Below are positions 30,421-43,903 of a stretch of DNA of 64,000 bases, piece by piece. Below the pieces are notes generated by a model. That model was not told the origin of the DNA, did not search any database, and saw only the letters and a program-made list of their open reading frames with translations. The stretch comes from the human T2T-CHM13v2.0 reference genome, Homo sapiens. The position numbers were made by a program, and so were the translations under genes. The DNA is taken from assembly GCF_009914755.1 (NCBI RefSeq), contig NC_060933.1. The stretch is one strand, 5' to 3'. Positions within the stretch are counted from its first letter, which is position 1. Each line of letters begins with the position of its first letter.

Positions 30421-33331
30421 TACTTGACTAGTGACCAGAGTGTGATTTTAATTGCCAAAACCACGGTAGTATTTCCTTAAAGGCAATTGAAACTCTTCAG
30501 AAATGTTGGAGACATTTCCTGAGGCTGCATAATTATATTTTTAAACTGCTTTCAATTTCCCATGACAAGTTTGGAGTGTCTAAAGATGGCAAAGTGAAGG
30601 AGATAAATAGATTATTGATCAGACAGGCTTGTAATTCCTTAGCGAATTGGATTTAGTTTCTTCATTGAGATCAGGTCAATGCCATAAATCTCTTTAAAAA
30701 TCAATGCAACAGAGAGTGCTATGAGCTAGGCTTGAAGACATTTCCCTGGCTGCTTTAGAGCTAGGAACTTGGCACCCACTCCAAAAATAAAGGATGAAAA
30801 GGACTGGAAAATGATTATATGAAACACTCAGATGCTGGGCATGTGGGTAAGGTGCCTGGTGGGAGTCAAGAGACTTGGAAACTCTTGGCTTGGACATCAT
30901 CGTATGTGACCTTGGGCAAATCACTTCAACATTGATCATCTTATATGTTACAATGATGAACTTAGACCACATATAATCCAGTGTCTTTTCGAGTCTCAAT
31001 CTGATTCTGGGAAATTCAGGACAGTTCGTTGCTTGACAGTCTTCTTTGTCATCCTAGAATTTTGAAGACAGTATATCATGATAAGAAAAAAAAAGAAAAA
31101 CAGAAACTTGGAAATAGGCAGACTGGTATTTACATTCCTTCTCAACCTCTTAGTCATTATAGAGGCATGAGAAAGTTAAGTAACCTCTTTGAACTTTATT
31201 ACTCCCTTCTGCAAAAGTAGATGAATTACACACTTTATATTCTATGGGGCAATATAGTGCCTGGCCTGTGATAGGCAGTCGTGTCATGGCAATTATTATT
31301 TTTCTAGAAGACAGTCTGGAATATTGGAATAAACCCATATCATTATCCCAGTTATTGTCAATGGAATGGAAAGAGGAATTTTGTATTATGGCTTGGGCTG
31401 TTCACTAGGTCATCTGGTATGCACTTTTATTTTACACTGGTGTTTATAATGATTCCTTCTCTTCTCGTTGCAGGCAGCAGGTCCTTGCAGTTCTACACTC
31501 AGATTGTCATGTCTCTAATCCAATCCTGAAAAAGCCATTTAATCTAGCATTTAACCATGCTCTTTTCATTAAATTGTCATTAATAAGGGAGCATGGGACA
31601 ACTACACATACACAGTAAGTTTTAGCCTCTGTCCCAGTCCACATATTATTTTGCCTCTCTTTCCTTACTCAAGTTTCCTCTAAGCCATGAGACAAGAAAC
31701 TTCTACATTGTAATTGATGCTTCTATTAATTCTTTATCTGATTCTTGCCTTGGGGCTTAAATTATATTTTTTCCTGCCTTCTTTTCTATCTGGCCCTAGC
31801 CCTTGCCACCAGACATTGCCTAGAATGCAGCGAATAATTAGCCAAACATCAGACATCCGTGAAGCTGTCAAGTCCAGATTCCTTTCTTGTTTTTTATTTT
31901 AAATTATTATCCTGGACTCGTTCAACTACAAAACACTTCCTGATTGGACAGGAACCTATATGACTCACCATGATTATTTGATCTGGTAGTGCTTACCTTA
32001 CATCTAACTGTGCCAAGGGATGGGAGGCATGACATGGTAGTGCTATACCAGATTTCTTCATTTCATTATTTTCTCCCTCTCCCCAGTGCTCTGTACTCAC
32101 TAAAATCACGACATCCCTCATGATACTGTGTACCAGGAATTGTATTAAGTGATAACAGTTTGCTGTGATTATTCTGTGCTCATCAAACTCTATGCAATGG
32201 TTTCTGGGTAGAAGTGATATGTTCCATGGCCATGTCTGTTCTTTTAAGAATCTCCCTGAACAGTCCTCTATACCTTCGTTCCCATCTGTGTGTAGAAGAG
32301 CAAAACAACTGTTACAACAAGCAACTCCAAAGTTTGATTGCTTGACAAAATGAAAGTTTAGATCTCACTCTCAGAAATATTCAAAAGTGGCTTTTGCATC
32401 AAGTAACTCATCTCCAAGCAATTCCTCAGGGACTCAGGTGCCCAGGCTTCTTACATCCTGCAACTCTTCTGCTGCATAGAGCCTTGGAATGTATTGTTTC
32501 CAAGCTACCTTGATTAGCACAGATAGCTACAGAAGACAGAATAAATGTGGCACGAAAGGGCAGGTAGGAATAATTGTAAAGCCCTTTGAAAATACATCCT
32601 GGTTTCTGCAGTGAGCCTATCAATGTCCACATTCAAACAAACAAACAAACAAAACAAACAAACAAAAAACAGAAAAACCTTAGAAAGATGATATTGGCAT
32701 ATGAACAATTCCCATTGTCTTGCCTGAAACTCCAAACCTATTGCCAATGAAACTTACTCCCAGCCTGATAAAATTGGGCCACCAGAAGGACAAGTCAAAA
32801 TTTAGAGAGAAAAATGGTAGTAAGGATGTTTGAACAGATGCACTGCAGATAACTGCATTTTAAAATTGTGTTTTTGGTAATTCCTCATTGAGACGCTCCA
32901 TTTGTTTTACCATATTTATCCACTTTATTTATTTTGCATGAAAAAAAATGCATAAGTGTTTAAAGGATTTGGCACAACGTCTCATTGTGAGGCTGTCATA
33001 GTCACAAAAGGCATAAGAAGAGGACGCAAAAGCAAATTGAACTTGATGCTATGAGGAAGTAAGAAGAAAACAGAAGACTGGAGTACACAATGATGGAGAT
33101 AGATTGAATAACATCCAACTTTGTGTCCATGGAACTTCTCAGGATATTGTAAAGCATAATGGGTAAAGTCTGTAATATTTAGGATTGCACTACCCAAATT
33201 TAAAAGCACATGTGAACATTCCCATGGGTTAACACAATAAAGCTTAATTTCTTACACACATAATTGTCCAACATGAATGTTCCTGGTCAGTCGAATTGAG
33301 GATGCCATCTTTTTCTCAGTCATTCTGGACC

Positions 33332-33754
33332 GTATTATTTTCCTATTGCTGCTGTAACAAATTGCCCCAAACCTAGTGTCTCAAAAGAGCACACATATTT
33401 TATCTTACAGTTCTTGAGGTGAGAAGTCTAAAATTGGCTGACAAGTCTGTACTCCTTCTGGAGAAGAATCTGTTTCCTTGCCTTTTGTTTGTGGAGCTGC
33501 ATTGTTCTCAGTCCAGCCTCTATTTCTGTTGTCACATTTCCTTCTCCTGCCCTGACCATCTTCCCTTCCTCCTTTAAGGATCTTTGTGATTATATTGACT
33601 CACTCAGATAATCCAGGACCATCTCCCTATCTCAATATTTGTATTTGGTCACATCTGCAAAATCCCGTTGCCATGGAGGGTTGTGTACTCATAGGTCCAG
33701 GGATTAGTTCACGGACACCTTTAGTGAGTAAGTGCCATTATTCTGCCTACCACA
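33332..33754 (-). mobile_element. MLT1D-like MaLR solo LTR
   Basis: gtattattttcctattgctgctgtaacaaatt...ttatcttacagttct...gataatccaggaccatctccc...gccattattctgcctaccaca. Confidence 0.85.
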
Positions 33755-35199
33755 AGAACCACAGATAAGAAGGATTTTCCAACTTCCATAGAAGGTTTCT
33801 AAGGTAGCCCTGAGTATCAACATTCACCTGGGGAATGGAGAAAGAGAGAAATATTTGCCCCTGGGAGGATTTTATGACTGCGGACTGACAAAAACATATA
33901 ATATGTACATGAACTCTTGTTTTGTTCTCTTCTTTCAGGATATGTAGAAAACTCCAAGTTGCATGTTTTGCCCACAGACTTAGGAGAAAGAAAAATGATA
34001 GCGTTGCCTACAGAAGGAGCACAGAGAAGGGAGGGTGAGATCAGTAATGGAGGAAAAGAAATATAAGAAATATGTATCATAACAAGGGGGAAATGTGCTT
34101 GGACTGAAGGTTTTTATTTCCCCACATTTTCAAGGGTGGCTGAGGTTTTCTTACAGTGGAACCAGCAGGCTTCTACTGCTTGCAGCCTCCTCAAAATAGA
34201 TCCCAAGTACCCTGGAGTCCATCTGCAGTGAGAATCAGTTAGAGACACATGACAGCCGTTCCTTGAAATGTGCTCAGTGATTCACACAGCTCACAGTGGC
34301 TGTGCAGTAGGGATTATTGACCTGAAAATGACTTTCTCTCCTCCCTTCAATCCCCATTGTCAGCTTAGAAAATTATCTCGGGGCGCATTTTTTTACATTC
34401 TCTTCTCTGAAAGCATTATTTCAGTTGTACCCTTTATGCCTAAGGCCTCGTCCTTCCCTAGAGAGGAATTGTGACTCTTGGAAATGGCTGATCATATCAC
34501 AGAAACTGGGGTATCCTGTAATCTCTGCTGGGCATTTAGCCTTCCAAGATTGTCTGGTATATGTGAGCTCCATCAGTTCTATTTGACTTATTTTTTTGTT
34601 TTTCCCTCCCCGGAATGGTTTACTATATTTTCTAACATTATTTAAACATATTTGTTTTCTAAAATTTGCTTAATTGGAAATGGATGCAGATCCATCAAAC
34701 ATGTCCACCTCTCTTTCTATGCATAGATGTTTTTCATGCTTTCCTTTTCCATCCCTACAACCAGTGTCTTTAAACTTCTTTAACAGTTTAACAGTCATCT
34801 GAAAGCACTTGTTCACTGAAGAGATTACCAGGTCTCTCCTGGTAATTACTAGGTAATTACTAGGTCCCAATCAAGAATTTATACTTCCTACTGATGATGT
34901 TAGATTTATTATAATATGAAGCAACTTTAAAAAACACTACTAACACACTCTATAAAGCAGATGGGTTTTTGTGTAATGCATCTGGATCTAAATTAAAGCT
35001 CTAGAGTTTGCTAGTTACACAGAATTAGCCAATTCATTAAGATTTCTGTATATTAGTTGATAAATATATAACTACCTAAATCCAGTTCTTAGGTTATATC
35101 TTTACTTTTCTTTACTTCACTTATACAAGGAAGACAATGATAATACATGATATTATGTGCTGAATTTTAGTCTACCGGATGTGCTTTGAAATTAAAGCA

Positions 35200-35501
35200 G
35201 GCTGGGTGCAGTGGCTCACGCCTGTAATCCCAGCACTTTGGGAGGCCAAGGCGGGTAGATCACCTGAGGTCAGGAGTTTGAGACGAGCCTGACCAACATG
35301 GTGAAACCTCATCTCTACTAAAAAATACAAAAATTAGCTGAGTGTGGTGGCAGGTGCCTGTAAACCTAGCTACTAGGGAGGCTGAGGCAGGAGAATTGCT
35401 TGAACCCAGGAGGGTGGGGATCGCAGTGAGCTGAGATCATGCCCACTGAAATCTAGCCTGGGAGACAAAGTGAGACTTTGTCTCAAAAAAAAAAAAAGAA
35501 A
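35200..35501 (+). mobile_element. AluSx
   Basis: gatcacctgaggtcaggagtttgagac; TSD gaaattaaagca (35188-35199) / gaaaataaagca (35502-35513). Confidence 0.95.
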
Positions 35502-35837
35502 GAAAATAAAGCAAAAACGGATTTGTTCTGGCAGAAGTAATCAGAACTTTGCATAACAGAGGAGAATAACATAAAATTACCTGTGAAGAAATATAGACTC
35601 TGAGTAGGAAAGTGAGAAAGTGTTAGAGAAGTTTGAGAAGTTAGAGAAGAAAGACATTCTTCAATCTAAACTTTGGAGAACCCTTAGGTTATCCACCCAT
35701 TGTTGATCTTCAGGTTTAGCCCATGTTCTACTGTTAACTGCTGCGTGGAGTGATGAAATACTTTGGAAGACAGGGTGTGGCCAATGTTCTTCTGAACTTG
35801 AAACTAAGATTTTATTTAATTCTATTATATTCCTCAT

Positions 35838-36352
35838 TGTATTAGAGTTCTCTAAAGGGACAGAACTAATAGGTTAGATGCATATATAACGGGGAGTTTA
35901 TGAAGGAGTATTGACTCATACTATCACAAGGTGAGGTCCCACAATAGGCCGTCTGCAAGCTGAGGAGACAGGAAGCCAGTCCGAGTCTCAATAAAAGTAG
36001 GGAAGCCAATAGTGCAGCCTTTAGTCTGTGGTCGAAGGTCCAAGAGTCTCAAAGCTGAAGAACTAGGAGTACAATGTTTGAGGGCAGAAAGCATCCAGCA
36101 CAGGAGAAAGATGTAGGCCAGGAGACTAAGCCAGTCTAGTCTTTTCACATTCTTCTGCCTCATTTTTATTCTGGACACTCTGGCAGCTCAGCTGATTAGA
36201 TTGTGCCCACCCAGATTGAGGGTGGGTCTGCCTTTCCCAGTCCACTGACTCAAATGTTAATCTCCTTTGACAGCATCCTCACAGACACATCCAGGAACAA
36301 TATTTTGCATCCTTCAATTTAATCAAGTTCACACTCAATATTAACCATCACA
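35838..36352 (-). mobile_element. MLT2A (HERV-L) solo LTR
   Basis: tgtattagagttctct...ggacagaactaatagg...ccacaataggccgtctgcaagctgagg...cccagattgagggtgggtctgcc...caatattaaccatcaca; TSD ctcat / cttat. Confidence 0.92.
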
Positions 36353-36774
36353 CTTATCTTTTAAGATTCTTTTATTAATTTTATCAAATTTCCATCACCT
36401 GCAAGAATTGCCCTTTAAGCCCTTAGTTTTACTACCAACAATGTTATCTCCCAGTATTCATGCACATCACTGACCATCACCCTCCACCTGCACATCATAC
36501 ATGGTTATGTGGCACTGGGACACTTTAAATCACTTATTCTGTTGGAATTTTATGCTTTCAGATGATAGCTATTAAAGCAAATAATTATGTAGTGCCAGTT
36601 ATGTGACAGGCACTGCTTTGGACATTTTTAAGTAAATTAACCCATTCAATCTTCACATCAACTATTATAATTAACTCTATTTTATAAATGAGGAAACTGA
36701 GGCAAAAGCTATGGAGCCAGGAATCCTTGCACTTTACAGCATTGATCATAAGAAAACATAATTAAAGTGAGACT

Positions 36775-36776
36775 AT

Positions 36777-36810
<34 letters not shown>
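36775..36810. repeat. (CA)n(TA)n microsatellite
   Basis: Seen directly in the sequence. Confidence 0.9.
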
Positions 36811-39800
36811 GAACAAGAATTTATTAATCTAAAGTGCAGATAAGAATAATTTCAACCTAAGTGACTGGGCAATAATTTCTAGACAGTGTATTTGGACAGG
36901 AAAATCTCCCTGTTTAAACAATGCCTTGAAAGTTCTCATTCCTGTTTGGCAAAGGGCCTCACCACATGCCATATAATGCTCAAATTATTCAAATATTCAA
37001 TTATTCTTATATATGACCTCAGAGCTGCCTTACAATTACTCAGCTTTCTTCTTCAGCTTACAGATGAGAAAACTGCCACCTACAGAGGGAAGTCGCTTAC
37101 TGGTATCGTAGAGCTAAAAGTATACAGGCTTCTAACACCCCTTGTACTCCATACCAGATGATAAGTTACTATCATTTTAGTCATTTTCCATCCACAGAGG
37201 TCTAGGCAAGAAGGGATTGGAATTTGCTGGAAAAAACAATAGTGTTCAAATCACAAACCCTGTTCTCATTTCCCTGGAGCATTTCTTTCAAAAACAAAGA
37301 AGTAGCAAAGAAAATACTGCAAAGTTAAGAATCTGAGCAATACGTCTGGTACACAGATAAGAAAATATGTGCCAAAGAGTGATTACTGATGAAAAAGTAA
37401 AGCCTTATTTTCTCTTCTTTCTTTATTCCTCTCTACATTTCCTTCTTAAAACAGCAAGAGTTCTAAAGGCACAGGCACTGCTCTCAGAGTTAAAACACCT
37501 GTCTTTATAAAATATTGCATTATTATAAGATCAGGCAATGAAGTACAACATAAAAGCAAAATTGCCATGAAGTCATTTATACACACACACACGCACTTAT
37601 ATCAATATATATATACACACACACATGCACTTATATTGATAATCACATTCACATACATTTCCAATTGGAGCTTAAAGTCCAAGGCAAGGAAAATTGTAGC
37701 AGAAGATGTTGAATTGAATAAAAGTTCTGGGATCAATCACTGGATATATTTGAAATTGTATTTCCAGTCCATTCCTAGGGACAATTAAATGCAATATTTC
37801 AGTAGTTTCATCTTAGGCCTCAATTGCAGGGACAATTGAAATAGAAAGTAGCATGGTTTCAGAGTGGTGAAAAGAAGCTAGAAGTATTTAAAAATTTTAA
37901 AAGCTTCTTTCAGCCTCTCCCTTCTCAGTCTCAGTTATTTCCATTAATTTAATCCCATTTTACACTAGAATCTCAACAATATGATGGTGGATGTTGCACC
38001 ATTCTTGCTCAGAATTCTAGCACCAGTATCCACCATGATTCCTTACACCTATAGTATGATTAACAAATGTTATATTGAACTGATTAATGCTAAATTAAAT
38101 TAATTAAATATCAAATTAATTGAGAAAGGACGGTTCAATCTGTGTTCTGACTTCATTATCACTACCAAAACTCATGGTTACCTCTCACCTCCTTCACTCT
38201 CACTTTCAAACATAAAATTTTTTCAGTACATTTTTTAAGTTAAGTGATTCCCCATTGAAACCCCAAAACCCTTCCAATGGCTACCATTGCTTATAGTATA
38301 ATGCCTAAATAATTTAGCATAAATTTTAAAGACCATCCACCTTTGTTCCATCTCCATTTGTTGACTCATTTGTCATTTCCCTCAATTTTCACTTAGTATT
38401 ATAATCACAATGTATTTCCATTTCCTCCTCAACATGCTATATTTTTTCATGTTTATACATGCTATATATGCTATATATTTTTATATACTTGGTATATATT
38501 TTTATATGCTTTGTGTTTGTTGATTCCTCCGTGGGATGTTTTTACAATCAGAAATGTGTAAATCCCTATTTCTTCTTTAAGATCTAGCTGAGATGCTACT
38601 TCCACTCTTGAATATTGCCTTTCTTCCTCAAAAACTAATTTCTTCCTTCTCTGCAGCTCCATGGCACTTTCCACTAACCTCTGCATATTTTCAATCATTC
38701 AAGTTATTGTGATGGATTCTGAATTCCAGGAGAGTATTGTGCATCTTAATCATGTTTACCTTCCCTCCTACTCAATAACTATCACAGGATGTAATACACA
38801 GCTGTTCAACCATCCTTCTAATTCATGAAAGTCTATTTCTAAGCCTCTGGTCACAAACTCAGAATCTTCTGTGTACCACATAAGTAACAGAAATAATTAC
38901 CCAGGTTTGGTAGAGTTATTGACAAGTAGAGGCTGCATACTGTATCTAACAGGGAAAAATATATTTATCCAGGCAATTTTACCATCTGGGAACATAGGCC
39001 CAATAGAATTGGGTCTTCAAGAAAATTCAGCAGTTGAATTTTTAATTGGAATGTCCCCATTTTCAGAGTAGTATGCAGGTCACAGTGGGCTGGATTCAGC
39101 TTGTGGACAGGCAATTTGAATCTATGCTACAATTTGTACAAAATTGATTTGGCCTGTCATGTTATCTATATGGTCGAGGAATGGAGCTTTTGAAATATTT
39201 TTTAGGTACTTTAATTATTGGATTCCTCTCCTATAGCTATCTGTTTCCTATTTTACTGCAATACAAGTCCTGGTGCCTATTTGCATGAGAAATTTTGTTT
39301 TTGACATCTTCCTTGTTTGAAGTTCTTTTCCCTTCCATAGCCTCTCATGTTGTTTATCAGATTCAATGCTGCAGTCAGCTTATCCTTACCAGTTCCTACA
39401 ACACCATAAAGGAAACTTCTTTCTTTATTTGTTCTTCTGTTTTGTAAAACAGGAAAAAATAATTTCATATGGCTATTGTATTAACAAAATATAAAGAGGA
39501 GGTATTCAAAGCATCCTGTAGTATAAGGATTTATATAACAACCTCAATAAGAATCAATCCCTTTACCTTTTGCCTCCTTCATTTTTCTTTTCTTTCTCCC
39601 ATTCCAATTTTTTTCTTCCCTGAGCCTCACTCCATCAAGAGTTTGGAAGAGGTAAAGCAAAGTGTAATTATTCAATTATCAATAAACAATTTTAGAATGT
39701 AAATTGCTCAATTGCTCTTCATGTTCTGATTGTGTATTTGAGTCTTACTAAACACTATCCATGCTTTGACTCACTAATAGTGTAAAGCTAGCCATGTGAC

Positions 39801-42033
39801 AACCTTGTATAGAGCAAACTTTTAGCATTAAGGAAAAAGTTAAATGCACTTTGATACTTACCTTAAGCTTTGTTTCTTCAATATTGACTTCTTTATTCAA
39901 CCTAATGGAAATGTATATTTGGTTGTATTATTCCATTCATTCACTCAACCAGTCATATGCGAATGCATGATATTCTCTCTTTGTCTGTCATTCTCTCATA
40001 CTTTTTCTGCCCCTCTACATCTCGGGGTCACTTTATTATCTCGATTGAGAGTTCACTCCTCTGTAGTGCTTTCTTTTAGTGTCTTCAGTGATTTTAATTG
40101 AATCAGCCATAGTCTCTATATTAAATGAGCTTAAGTAGCAAAAATGATGTGGCCAGTCATTATCTAGAACAACAAGAGATGATCACTGTATGCTCATAAG
40201 AGTTGCTCCCCCTAATTGCATCTGTGTGGCAGTCCTCTGCAGGGTAAAACATTCAAATCTGAATAGCGGAAGGCAGAGCTTTATAAATTATAGAAAACTT
40301 TCGATGGAGAGTGTTCTGTGTATCGTCTCAGAAACTCCAGTCGAATTATCTGTTCGTCCCAGTTACATTTTGGAAAATCTAAATCACTTGGCCTCACAAT
40401 AAGTAATACTAGTCACATCCCTGCTCATTTATAGGGAATTGACTGTTCATAAAACGTTTCCACTTACATTGTCTAATCCAATAATTCTTAATGTTTTTTC
40501 AAAAAGAGGTACCTGACAGGTAACACACACACGGATGACCCACTTCCATAGATGTATCCAGATGTAGGCACAATCCCTAGAGACTGACTAAATAACACTC
40601 TTTTTTTTTCATTAACAAAATAAGTCTCATCTGAAAGCAAATGCATACAAATAGAGCAAGCAAATCTAGTTTGATGTACATTGTAGACACAGAGGTAAGC
40701 AATCTGTTCACAAACACTAATGATTTAGCAAACATTCATTTATTTTATATGCATATTCTATAGGCCAAACATGATGACAGATTTTTGGGTGATTTCTGTG
40801 AGTGGACAAACACAACCACTACTACCTCCTTTGACACCTAAACTCACAGGATGTTTACTTTCTTGTGCAAGATAATGACAAGTTTAAAAAAAAAAAAGCA
40901 TAGTAATGAATATAATGAGACTGTGGTGATGAAGGCTTACAATGCTATGTCAGCATCAAGCAGGTTTCTAACCTTAATAAGGATTTAGGTGAATGAAGAA
41001 GTCTTTCTACAAGTGATACTATGTGTTTTGAGAATTGAGAAAAGAATGGGAATTAGATAGCTACACTCTTTGGATTAGGGTGGAGAGCAAAAGTAAGGTA
41101 TTTCAGAGATAGGGAGAAGCATGTGCAATAGTTAAACGTAAATAAATAAGCATATAGTTTATGCAAATGGCTGAAAATAATTCAGCATAACTGAACCACA
41201 TCCCATAAATGCTCATATACTATCAGAAGCAGATATTAAATTTGATCTTCAGAAGCTCTCAGGGATGTCATTTAATTAATTGATACTTACTAGAAACTAA
41301 TAATTGGAAGATATGGGCTTGGTTTTTAGAGGTATGCAAAATTTGGCTTTCTAAGTGTCTATAACTTAGTAGAAGGAGACAAATACATAATAAACTGATT
41401 ATAATTCTTCTCATGAAAATAATGAAATAAATTATCTAACAAGATAATCTGAGAAAAGCAGAAAAGATCAGAGAAGGAATGAAAAATAAAGAGAAAAAAG
41501 AAAAGATAAACCAAAGTGACGAAGAGAAAGAAGGAGGAAATGTATTATTTTTTAAAAAAAGAAAGCCAAACAACGTTAGTAGAAAATATTTTCCTCATGG
41601 TAAAACTGAATTGGTTGAGGCAGAATTCTCCCTTTTTCTCGATCAAACTTTCTTGATTACATTTTGACAATAATACAAGATAGGTAATTACATTTCTACC
41701 AACGAATGATGACACAAGGATGAAAAGCCACAGACAGCAAACAATCAAAGAATAAAAAGGGAGATGATCCTATTATCCTGGCAAAAAATCTGTTTCTATG
41801 AGAACCATGAAGAGAAATATAGAAAATCAGACCCATGAGCAAAAAGTCACTAATTCATATTCCAACTACAACACTCAAGATTCATGTGTTGGGCGAATAG
41901 ATGTTCACGTAAAATATGAAATATGCCCACGTTTCTGTGTTAACATGGAGAATGCTGTGGAAACAAAACAAACAAACAGGTAATATACCTGTATTTTAAA
42001 AACAGCTTTGTGAAATAAAAAATACACACACAG

Positions 42034-42034
<1 letters not shown>

Positions 42035-42075
<41 letters not shown>
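42035..42075. repeat. (CA)n microsatellite, about 20 units
   Basis: Uninterrupted CA run. Confidence 0.95.
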
Positions 42076-42078
<3 letters not shown>

Positions 42079-42146
42079 CTAATAATTAATTCATATGTTG
42101 TTTTTGTTACTCACATGAGACATTTATCTTCAAATGTGGCAAATAC

Positions 42147-42439
<293 letters not shown>

Positions 42440-43300
42440 TGGCAAATAATTTTGAATCAACTAATTCATTCATTCATTTATTCGTTTATTTTGGGTGTAG
42501 CCATTGGTCACATAAAGAGGACAGGAGAGGTCATTCCAAAATGTGAAATAGGACAAGGTTCAGAGAAATAATTATTCACGGTAGACTTTAAACAAGATTT
42601 GAAGACCACATTGCCAAGATCTTGGTGTCACTTTAAAAGAATCAACTTAACTAGCTCACAACAAGATTGCCTATTGGATGCATCCAGAAGGAACATCTGC
42701 TGTCAAAGGACAAGGACATTGACAAGACTGATACACTTTGAGCAGATCTTCAGAAGGAAGGCATTGAAGGTGAATGAAGGGAGAACACAGACACTGGCCT
42801 GAACGGGGAGGAAACTGGGAACACAGCATAGGGCTACCATGCACTGGGACTTGTTCCTGGCCCCCAGTGATTCCTGGGGATGAGATGAGTTGAACAGGCA
42901 AGGAGCAATTAGCTCTTACTATGGACCTTTGGAACCCTGGCAGTAGGAGACCCCATGACCACCATAGACACTTGAGCTGGAAGAGAGAGCTGCTTAGAGA
43001 GACGGTAGGGGCAGGACTCCAGCCTGTGCAGAGCCCCAGAGGATTTGGTGCAGAAACATCTCTAGTGGAGCATGGCGAGGAATGCCCATTCCCCCAGTCT
43101 CATTATGCTCCCTTAGGAGATTTGGCCTCAGAGAACTATCAGACCTGGACAGGGCAGGGCAGTCTTGCCCATGAGACATGGCCAGTCTGATCTGATTGCC
43201 TCCCTGTCTGCTCTCTTTTCCCAGAACCCCAGGCTGGCTGCACCCTTTGCAGTGCAGCCTAAGATGCCCAACTGTGGTCCCTCCTAGAGCCCCACTTAAT

Positions 43301-43374
43301 AGCTGTATCACCAGAAGACTGTGCCTGACCATCAGAGAGCTGTATCACCAGAAGACTGTGCCTGACCATCAGAG
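43301..43374 (+). repeat. Perfect 37-bp tandem duplication
   Basis: agctgtatcaccagaagactgtgcctgaccatcagag at 43301-43337 and 43338-43374. Confidence 0.95.
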
Positions 43375-43522
43375 AGCTCCATCAGAGCAGCCCCCACTGG
43401 CACACACTAGCTCACCCCACACTCCATCACAGTCTCTTCTGAGCCACTTTACCTGTACACACACATCCACAACCAACCCCACTGCTTTGCTGGTGTGTGC
43501 ATAGACTAGTCCAAGGTGGACC

Positions 43523-43903
43523 TGTATTAGTCCATTTTCATACTGCCAATAAAGACATACCCAAGACTGGGCAATTTACTTTTTTACAAAAGGTTTAATT
43601 GACTCACAGTTCATCATGGCTGGGGAGGCCTCAAGAAACTTACAATCACGACAGAAGAGGAAGCAAACACGTCCTTCTTCACATGGCAGCAGCAAGGAGA
43701 AGTGCTGAGCAAAAGGGGAAAAGCTCCTTATAAAACCATCAGATATTGTGAGAACTCACTCACTATCACGAGAATAGCAGCGTGGGGGTGACCAGATACC
43801 ATGATTCAATTACCTCCCACCAGGTCCCTTCCATGACACATGGGGATTATGGGAACTACAATTCAAGATGAGATTTGGGTAGGGACACAGCCAAACCATA
43901 TCA
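43523..43903 (-). mobile_element. THE1C-like MaLR solo LTR nested in the L1 5'UTR
   Basis: tgtattagtccatttt...gggacacagccaaaccatatca; perfect TSD GGACC at 43518-43522 and 43904-43908. Confidence 0.93.

Noticed and set aside
40260-40360. Small cluster of five CpGs in AT-rich unique DNA
   Set aside because: Too short and too low in GC for a CpG island, with no other supporting signal.
43301-43374. 37-bp direct repeat as a CRISPR-like array
   Set aside because: Only two adjacent units, no spacers, no cas genes, and the DNA is primate.
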